Assembly: GCA_963766375.1 (NCBI GenBank) | Contig: CAVXZG010000008.1 | Location: forward strand, 3,853-67,852 | Direction: 5' to 3' | DNA: 64,000 bases | Origin: an uncultured Actinomycetes bacterium | GTDB lineage: Bacteria > Actinomycetota > Thermoleophilia > Gaiellales > Gaiellaceae | Shown: positions 56,861 through 64,000 of the stretch, piece after piece | How positions within the stretch are numbered: the stretch's first letter is position 1 | Layout: every line of letters starts with the position of its first letter | Made by a program: the position numbers and the translations under genes | Notes under the pieces: model-generated | What the model was told of the DNA's origin: nothing | Database searches by the model: none | Seen by the model: only the letters and a program-made list of their open reading frames with translations

Positions 56861-57237
56861 ACCACCGCCCTCACCTGTCGGTGCGTTTCCGCCTCGCGTT
56901 CGGGCAGACGACTCTCGAGCAGGGCCAAACGCTGCGCGAGGATCCGGTTCTCGTCGGAGAGCTTCGAAATCACGGTGGAGTAGTGGAGCAGGACGACCAG
57001 CACGAACAGGGACGCGAGCACGAACAAGGCGGACGGCGGATAGGAGATGCCGATCAGGTCTGCAAGCCTTGCGAGCGCCCCGCGCCAGGCCGCGAGGACG
57101 AAGATCACCACGCCAGTCAGCAGCCAGAGCAGGGCATATCGCTCTTGCAACCGCCGGCTGCGGATCAACTCGAAGATGACGAGCAACAGGATCACCGCAG
57201 CAATTGCGGCGGTGATGGAGACTCGGAAGGGCGTCAT
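56857..57237 (-). CDS. DUF2304 family small membrane protein
   Basis: ELIRSRRLQERYALLWLLTGVVIFVLA...ISYPPSALFVLASLFVLVVLLHYS...L.EN..LAQ.LALLE is the DUF2304 pattern. ATGA overlap with the upstream GT2. Confidence 0.8.
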   Translation of the reverse strand: MTPFRVSITAAIAAVILLLVIFELIRSRRLQERYALLWLLTGVVIFVLAAWRGALARLADLIGISYPPSALFVLASLFVLVVLLHYSTVISKLSDENRILAQRLALLESRLPEREAETHRQVRAVV

Positions 57238-58004
57238 GGCTCCTCCAACGGAGTGGAATAACGGCGGAACAGGCCGATGAAGAGGGCAAGCAGGACCTTC
57301 ACCATGTAGTAGACCGAGCGCAGCGCGGTGATCGACGAGTTGCCCGTTTCCCGGACCCGCATCTGCACTGGCACCTCGACCATGGTCAGGCCGTGGCGGG
57401 CAACCAGAACGGTGGCCTCGACCTCCGGATAGTCGTGCGGATAGTCCGCCGCGAAGAGCCGGATGGCTTTCCTGTTCGCCGCCCTGAACCCTGACGTGGT
57501 GTCCGTGACTCGCGCGCGCACCATCAGTGAGACGACCGCGGCGAACAGATGGATGCCGACGCGCCGAATTCGGGTTCCGCGATAACCGCCGCCGGCCGCG
57601 AACCTCGTACCGACGACCATGTCCGCTTTGCCCTCGAGGATCGGCTCGACCAGTCGCACGATCTCGCTGGGGTCATGTTGGCCGTCGCCGTCGACTTGGA
57701 TGGCGATGTCGAAGTCGTTGTTCCGCGCGTACTGGTATCCAGTCTGGACGGCACCACCGATTCCAAGGTTGAACGGAAGGCCCAGGACCTCAGCCCCGTG
57801 CTCGGCGGCCACGATCGCGGTGCGATCGGTGGAGCCGTCGTCAACCACGACCACGTCCAGCTCCGGGTCGGCTGCGCGAATCTCTGTGATCACGGAGCCG
57901 ATCGAGTGCTCCTCGTTCAGAGCCGGGACGATTACGATCTTCCGCACGCCGGCGGTCTGTCGTGCCCCGCGCGCCGGCTCGCGGTGTACGAGCTGCTCCG
58001 CCAT
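57234..58004 (-). CDS. family 2 glycosyltransferase (polyprenyl-phosphate sugar synthase-like), paralogue of 6964-7686
   Basis: IVIVPALNEE...VVVVDDGSTDRT...QVDGDGQHDP...TSGFRA, with C-terminal helices. ATG 58004 chosen. Confidence 0.85.
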   Translation of the reverse strand: MAEQLVHREPARGARQTAGVRKIVIVPALNEEHSIGSVITEIRAADPELDVVVVDDGSTDRTAIVAAEHGAEVLGLPFNLGIGGAVQTGYQYARNNDFDIAIQVDGDGQHDPSEIVRLVEPILEGKADMVVGTRFAAGGGYRGTRIRRVGIHLFAAVVSLMVRARVTDTTSGFRAANRKAIRLFAADYPHDYPEVEATVLVARHGLTMVEVPVQMRVRETGNSSITALRSVYYMVKVLLALFIGLFRRYSTPLEEP

Positions 58005-58064
58005 GTCCCCTGAGAGTACCGCGCCAACGTCCGCGCACGGCCGGCTGTAGCCTGTCGCCCCACA

Positions 58065-58772
58065 ATGAGGGCTGTGATCCTGGCGGGGGGCCTCGGTATG
58101 CGGCTGCGCCCGTACACGACGATCCTGCCCAAGCCGCTCGTGCCGATCGGCGACCGGCCGATCCTCGAGCACATCCTTCTCCGGCTGTACGGATCCGGCG
58201 TGCGGACGGTCGACCTGTGCGTGGGACACCTCGGGGAGCTGATCCAGGTCTACTTCTCTCAGACCGAGGGATTGCCTACCGATCTCGAGCTGCGCTGGCA
58301 CTGGGAGGAGGAGCCGCTCGGGACAGCCGGGGCATTGCGGCTCGTCCCGGGTCTCGGGGGCACGTTCATCGCGATGAACGGTGACGTGCTGACGACGCTT
58401 GATTACGGCGAGCTCGTGCGGTTTCACGACTCGAACGGAGCCGCCCTAACCGTCGCGACCCACGCCAGACGCGTGGACATCGATCTCGGTGTGATCGAGG
58501 CCGACGGCGACCGGATCGTCGGCTACCGCGAGAAACCGCGTCTCGACTACGACGTCAGCATGGGCATCTACGTCTACGACGAGCGGGCCCTCGCGCATCT
58601 GCCGGCCGAAGGCGCCTGCCAGTTCCCGGACCTCGTGCATCGGCTGCTCGACGCCGGCGAGAAGGTCGCCGGTTATCGCAGCGAGGCGGAATGGTTCGAT
58701 ATCGGCACCCCGGAAGAGCACCAGCGGGCCGTCGAGGCATTCGAGAACGCACCGGAGGTCTTCGGCGCTTGA
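58065..58772 (+). CDS. sugar-phosphate nucleotidyltransferase (NDP-sugar pyrophosphorylase)
   Basis: MRAVILAGGLGMRLRPYTTILPKPLVPIGDRPIL is the signature G-x-G-x-R-L motif; EEEPLGTAGAL. 235 aa, intact. Confidence 0.85.
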   Translation: MRAVILAGGLGMRLRPYTTILPKPLVPIGDRPILEHILLRLYGSGVRTVDLCVGHLGELIQVYFSQTEGLPTDLELRWHWEEEPLGTAGALRLVPGLGGTFIAMNGDVLTTLDYGELVRFHDSNGAALTVATHARRVDIDLGVIEADGDRIVGYREKPRLDYDVSMGIYVYDERALAHLPAEGACQFPDLVHRLLDAGEKVAGYRSEAEWFDIGTPEEHQRAVEAFENAPEVFGA

Positions 58773-59461
58773 GCGACGCGGAGCTCGACCGGATCCGCAC
58801 GGAGTACCGAGCTCGCGACGCCGCCGGCGACAGCCCATACCGTTGGGACAACCCCGGTTACGTCTCGTACGTGCAGGGTCTCGAACGCTCGTTGCTGCGC
58901 GCGTTCGACGACGCGGGAGTGTCGCTGGCAGACGCTCGCGTGCTTGACGTCGGCTGCGGCAGCGGCTACTTCCTCAACCGTCTGCGTGAGTACGGTGCCG
59001 GAGAGGCGCACGGGATCGACCTGATGGAGGATCGAGTAGCGGAAGGCCGGAAGCGCTACCCGGCGCTCCAGCTTCACGTCGGCAGCGCGACGGAGCTGCC
59101 ATTCGAGGACGGCGAGTTCGATCTCGTCACGCAGTTCACGTGTCTTTCCTCGATTCTCGACGACGACGTGCGCCTTGCTGCGGCGCGCGAGATGCAGCGA
59201 GTCGCCGGCGGTTGGGTGCTCTCGTTCGACATGCGCGGGCTGCGTCGACCCGGCGCGCGGCGGGCGCGCCGGGACGCCGACCGTCCCGCTCGACGAGCAA
59301 GAGCTGCGGCGGCTATTCGGCGAGCCCGTGCTACTGCGGAAGGCGAGCCTTGCGTTCGACTCGCGCAGATGGCCGGCCGCCATGACCTCGCGGCACGGAT
59401 GCTGGGGACGCTGCCACTCCTGCGGAGCCATTTGCTCGGTCTCTGGCAAGCGGCCGAGTGA
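58769..59461 (+). pseudogene. class I SAM-dependent methyltransferase (A), two frame breaks as assembled
   Basis: TTGA overlap with the upstream stop. VLDVGCGSGYFL motif I, ELPFEDGEFDLV and GGWVLSFD. Breaks between ~59240-59275 and near 59358. Confidence 0.7.
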
Positions 59462-60283
59462 GCAAGACGCCGTCGAGTGCGGAGGCCGCCGCCTACTACC
59501 AGGGCTTCTCATTGGACGCCGGCGCGGAAGATGGCGTCGGGACAACGGCCGCCACCTCCGAATCCGCCAGGAACTCGCTCGCCTGCTCGGCGCGGCACGG
59601 GGCCTCCGCGTCCTCGACGTGGGCTGCGGCGCGGGCGTGCTGACGAGCGATCTGTGCGCTACGGGGACGTCACCGGAACCGACTTCAGCGAACCTGCGAT
59701 CGCCTTCGCCGCCGAGATGGAGCCGCGGGCAACGTTCGTCGCCGGGCGTTTTCAGGAGCTCGAGCTCGGCGGCGGCTTCGACCTGATCACGCTCTTCGAC
59801 GTCCTCGAGCACGTCCCGCCAGAGGAGCGGCCGGATCTCTTCTCGCGCCTCGACGGCTTGCTCTCGCCGCAGGGCTGGCTCGTCCTCACGACCCCGCACC
59901 CCGCCTACACGCGCTGGTTACACGAGCACGAACCGGAGCTGCTGCAGATCGTGGACGAGCCCGTGATGCCGGACGAGGTGATCGCGCTTGTGGCGGTGCA
60001 CGACCTCGACCTCGTGGACTATCGCGCCTACGACGTCGACCGGGCGGGGGCGCGCCAGTATCAGCTCCTTGCTTTTGCACGTCCGGCCGAGAAGCCGCAC
60101 GCATTCCCGGCGGGCGGAGCCTGGCGTCGCCTCGCAGCGCGGATCGCCGCGCTTCCTTTCAAGCCGTTCCAGCTGCTGCGCCGCCTTGCGCAGGCGCTCC
60201 GGCTATGGCGCGCGGGCCGTGGGAGAGCGGCTCGCTGGGTGCTCGGCCGGGGCGGCTCGACCCCCGTTCAGAGCGAGCGGTAA
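59458..60283 (+). pseudogene. class I SAM-dependent methyltransferase (B), two frame breaks as assembled
   Basis: GTGA overlap with MTase A. RVLDVGCGAGVLTSDL, DVTGTDFSEPAI, FDLITLFDVLEHV and GWLVLTTP. Breaks near 59531 and 59655. Confidence 0.7.
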
Positions 60284-61397
60284 ACGTCGTCCCAGACGCG
60301 GCCAACCGCGTCAAGCGACCAACGCTCTGCAGCGCTTCGCGCGATCGCAGCGCGGTCGAACCGCGAGTACTCCTCGAGCACGCTGTCCAGTGCGGTCGCG
60401 AGCGCGTCCGGGTCGCCGGGCGGGACGGCTCGCCGTCGCCTCCAACCGCTCCCTCGACGCCGCCGACGCACGTCGCCACGACGGGCAGCCCCGAGCAGAG
60501 GGCCTCCAAGAGCGCGACCGGGAGGTTCTCGCTCAGGCTCGAGAGCACGAACACATCAGCAGCACGCAGCGCCTCCGCGACTTCCGCGGGCGCCGCCGAC
60601 CCGGTGAAGCGGACCCGCTCGTCCGCCCCGAGCTCGGCCGCGAGCCGCTTCAGGCTGGCCGTGAGCGGCCCTTCGCCGATCAGCTCCAGAGTTAGCGTGG
60701 GCCGCCGCTCCGCGATCTGGGCAAAGGCACGTAGGAGGAACTCGAGGCCTTTCTTCTCCTCGTGGAAAGCCACGTTGACGAGCCGCGCAGGCTCCCGGCT
60801 GGCCGCCGGACCGGGGTGAAAGACGCTGGTGTCGACCGCGTTCGGAACGATCCGGAAGCGGGCGTGAATGCCGTGGCGCTCGATCGCCCGCTGCAGCTCC
60901 TCGTTGACGGGGCAGACCAGCGCCGCGCGACGAACGCGATCCGGGCTCGCCTGAGCGCGCCCCGCGTGATCGTGTCGCGCGGCCACTCCGTGGAGTGCTC
61001 GGTGATCACGACCGGCCGGCGCAGGAGTGCGCCCGCGATGGTGGCGATCCAGGCCATCCAGTGAACGTGGGCATGCAGGACTTCCACGGGCGTCCCCTCG
61101 CGGGCGAGGCGCCGCGCGACGGCGAGGAGGCCGGGCAGGAAAGCGACCGTGCCGTCCGGGCCGGTAGGCGAGCCGCAACACCCGCAGCTCGCCGTCGCGA
61201 TCCTCCGTCAGCGAGAAGAGGCCCCTGACCCCGGCACTCGGCCCTTCGTCGACGACCACTACTACTCGGTGGCCCTGGGCCGCCGCCGCGCGCGCGTGAT
61301 CACGCACGAAGATGCCGGCCAGCGGCCGCTCGGCCGTCGGGTACCACGCGGGCAGTACGAGGACGGTGCTCAGCTCGGGGCCGTCGGCTTGCGACAC
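60268..61397 (-). pseudogene. GT4 family glycosyltransferase (3), three frame breaks as assembled
   Basis: VLVLPAWYPT...GIFVRDHA...; VLHAHVHWMAW; VFVLSSLSENLPVALLEALCSGLPVVATCVGG. Breaks near 61157, 60925 and 60435. Confidence 0.75.
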
Positions 61398-62160
61398 ACC
61401 GCGATCTCGGTGGCGGGACCTCCCGCAGCAGCCGCGTCAGCGCCAGATCGAGCGGGAAGAGCAGCGCGCCGACGGGTTCGCAGTGCGGGACCATGGCGAG
61501 CCAACAGGTTCACGCCCGTCCACGATTCTCGAGGAAGCGGCTGCTCGAGTCGATCGCGTATTCATCAGCACGAAGAGCGGCCGCCGGGACTCGAACACCA
61601 GGCCTGCGTTCTCCAGCAGCCGCCGATCTCCTCGAGGCTCCGATCGACCTCGTGCCGGGCGCGGCCGGTGTCCCGGTGCAGGAAGTTCTCGGTCAAGACG
61701 AGCAGGCCGCCAGGGGCAAGCAGCGCGGCGAGATTCCGAATCGCGCGTGCGTAGCCCTCGTCGTCGACGATGTGAAAGAGCACGTCCATCGCCGAGATCG
61801 CCTCGAAGGCGCCGAGATCAGGGGTAGGACCGAGGAGAGGTCGAGCTGGTGGAAGCTGTGCTCCGGGTAGCGCTCGCTCAGACGCTCGACGGCGAAGGCG
61901 GTCAGATCGGAACCGGTGATGTCGACGACGCCGAGCTCCCGCCAGCGCTCGACGTAGAAGCCTGTCCCGCTGCCCACGTCGAGCACCCGCGACCCCGGGC
62001 CGACGCGGCCGCGCAACGCTCTGAGGAAGGCCCGCCGGCGGACGGCGTACATCCAACGGTTGATACTCCTCGCCCATGCCCAGCCAGCCGACCCCGCGAG
62101 CGAGTAGGTCTCCTCGAGTCTGGTCGACCAGTACTGTTCCGGGTCGAATTCGGCGCTCAC
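61370..62160 (-). pseudogene. class I SAM-dependent methyltransferase (C), about six frame breaks as assembled
   Basis: YWSTRLEETYSL..., RVLDVGSGTGFY, ISAMDVLFHIVDDEGY, GGLLVLTENF, LEEI|RRLLENAGLVFESRRPLFVLMNT and EPVGALLFPLDLALTRLL are distributed over all three frames. The proposed end is GPATEIAVCRKPTAPS-TGA at 61370. Confidence 0.6.
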
Positions 62161-62172
62161 GGCCGCGCCACG

Positions 62173-63512
62173 TTAGCCGAGGAAGCGATCGCGAGCCAGG
62201 CCGGCCGCTAGGCGGTAGTCGACCAGATCCTCGCGCCGCGGCACGAAACCCTCGCGAGCCCGATGTCCGTCACACGTCGGAAGAAGCCAAGCGCCAGCAC
62301 CGCGGCTAGCCCGTAGGAACGAAGAGGCTATGGCGGCCCCCCACTCGTCGAATAACGGGATCAGCGTGAAGTAGAGCGCAAGCGTCAGCGGCACCGAGAT
62401 CGTGCTGATGTAGAGCGAATACCGGGGAAAGCCTCGACCCGAGATCGCGGACGAGAGGACCTTGGCGATGCCGAGCATGAGACTCCGGGCAGCAGAACGA
62501 AGCCGAGCTTCGTGGTCTCCGCGAACTTCTCGCCGTAGAGCAGCGGGACGGCGACGAGAAGCAGCGCGCAGATCAGAGCGTGCCGGCAGGGTCAGCAAGA
62601 CGCTGTGACGGACTGCCTTGGCGAGAGCGGCGTCCGACTCTTGGCGCTCACCTCTCCGATCACTGCCGACTCGTCAAGGCTCGCCACGCGAGGGAAGAGC
62701 ACCGTCCCGAGCCCTTGCGGCAATACCCAGGCGATGCTCGTCAGGGTCAGCGCGACGGAGTAGATCACCGACGTCTCGCGCGGTGGCGAAGCCGCCGAGG
62801 ATCAGGATGTCGAAGCGGTAGTTGATCTGCTGGAGGAGATTCGCCCCCCAGCTCTGGAGCCCGAAACGCAGCCGCGCGCCAAGGACCGGCCCTGGTCGAC
62901 GACCGTGTCGCGGCGGGCCTCCCGGGTAGCAGCAGAGCGCCGGTACAGCCGCGCCGACCAGGGCCGCCGCAGGAAGCCCGATCACCGCACCGGTGAGACC
63001 GAACGGAATGGCTAGGCCGGCTCCGACCAGCAGCAACATGGCCGAGTGCGATATCTCGAGCGCCGCATAGCCCTCGTAGCGCTCGCGCGCAAGCATGATC
63101 GCGTCAGCGAACTGGTAAGCGAGCAGCGGCGGGAGGCTGGCCAGTGCGACCACCATCAGACCGATGCCGACCCCCTCGAAGACCGAGCTCCGCGTGAGCA
63201 CGAATACGGCCAAGCCGCCAAGAAAACCGATGAGGCCGAGCACGAGCGCGGCGAGGTAGCTGGTGCGGAAGACCTCGCGCACGGACCAGCGGCGGCGGCT
63301 GACCTCATAGGTGATACCGGCGGTGAGCCCCAGCGAGACGAACATCCCCGCGATGCTGGTGAGCGTCAGCAACAGGGCGAAGTGGCCGTTGCCCGAGGGG
63401 CCGATCGTGCGCGCGAGCACGATGCTGAGCGCTCCGCCGGCGATCAACGGCCCGCCTTGCACGAAGACCGACAGGGCGGCGCCGCCGCCGAGATGGCGGC
63501 GTGGCTCCTCAT
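62173..63512 (-). pseudogene. Wzx-like oligosaccharide flippase (MOP superfamily polysaccharide biosynthesis protein), about seven frame breaks as assembled
   Basis: ATGA overlap with the upstream GT stop. ALSIVLARTIGPSGNGHFALLLTL..., RFGLQSWGANLLQQINYRFDILILGGF, IYSVALTLTSIAWVLPQGLGTVLFPRVA and many helices. Breaks near 63480, 62775, 62650, 62572, 62478, 62322 and 62255. Confidence 0.65.
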
Positions 63513-64000
63513 CTCGGCCCGTCCAGCACAGAGCGATAGAGCTCGTCGATTCGCGCCGCCGAGGCCGCCAGGTCGAGCTCGGCGAGCGCCAGCGCGCGTC
63601 CTTCGTCTCCGAGCCGCTCCGCAAGCGAAGCATCGCCGAGTACGAGGCTGACGGCCTCCACGAGCGCCGCGTGCCTCCAAAGGGACGAACAGCGCGCTCG
63701 CGCCCGTGCGCCAACTCGTCGCGCGCCCAGGGCAGGTCCGAGACTACGACCGGACGGCCACAGGCGAGGGCCTCCCAAACGCTTCGTGGTGAGCTGTCGC
63801 TCGACGGATCGGCGACGACGACGTCGGCCGCACGGTAGACATCGGGCATCGTCCACCGGGCCTCTTCCGATTGTCGTCACAGCCTCGCCGAGGCCGAGCC
63901 GGTCGATCGCAGCTCGCACCTCCGGCGGCGTGGTTTCCAGGGTGTCTTGAACAGCAGCCGGCGTCGGGCCGTTGGGCTTCACTCGCGCAAAAGCCTCGAG
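63509..64000 (-). pseudogene. GT4-type glycosyltransferase (4), C-terminal part only (continues beyond the window), at least two frame breaks
   Basis: YRAADVVVADPSSDSSPRSVWEALACGRPVVVSDLPWARDEL (GT4 E-x7-E region) and ALVEAVSLVLGDASLAERLGDEGRALALAELDLAASAARIDELY lie in two frames. Confidence 0.6.

Noticed and set aside
13226-64000. Programmed ribosomal frameshifting or recoding as the explanation for the broken genes.
   Set aside because: There are far too many events, in unrelated housekeeping and accessory genes, in both +1 and -1 directions. I saw no recurring slippery heptamer or downstream structure.

Overview
This is a very G+C-rich bacterial chromosomal segment; third codon positions are almost all G/C (judged by eye, not computed). 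The gene content looks actinobacterial: coenzyme F420 genes, LAL/LuxR regulators, a class III ADH + GFA pair, a GT2-DUF2304-GT-C envelope module, and DUF families common in Actinomycetota. I can support about 75 protein-coding genes and a few hairpins and regulatory motifs. I saw no rRNA, tRNA, CRISPR array, transposase, integrase or phage structural gene.

Layout:
- 1-19 kb: mixed housekeeping and accessory genes (csp, peptidases, hydrolases, a GT2/DUF218 pair, a cytochrome-c fusion, a LuxR regulator). One visibly lower-G+C islet carries a membrane-anchored vWA-like protein with a collagen-like GXT tail.
- 19-37 kb: signalling and regulation. This includes a Zn-ribbon/class III cyclase/ATPase/TPR protein, a 2.8-kb LAL regulator flanked by a 35-bp inverted repeat, an MFS pump, an OmpR/HK pair, a formaldehyde detoxification pair and a CarH/LitR-type B12-MerR regulator.
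- 37.7-42.2 kb: a tightly coupled operon of PLP decarboxylase, cNMP-binding protein, MFS-cNMP fusion and agmatinase.
- 42.1-49.7 kb: one long minus-strand block, wzm-wzt-hemE-hemH-small ORF-cofC-cofD-npdG-cofE-DUF6328.
- 49.8-64 kb: a large glycan-assembly cluster that runs off the window. It holds four GT4-type glycosyltransferases plus a fifth GT4-like domain in a GT-methyltransferase fusion, two GT2, a GT-C-like membrane enzyme, DUF2304, an NDP-sugar pyrophosphorylase, a Wzx-like flippase, and three free-standing methyltransferases plus the fused one.

Major caveat: about 50 single-base frame breaks interrupt otherwise well-conserved genes. This is my manual count from reading across the frames. 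There are none in the first 13 kb, and they become very dense after 59 kb. Several sit at short G/C runs and the protein sequence resumes at once in another frame, so I think most are sequence or assembly indels rather than real pseudogenes. Such genes are typed 'pseudogene' here only in the sense of 'frame broken as assembled'. All coordinates of frame breaks are approximate.
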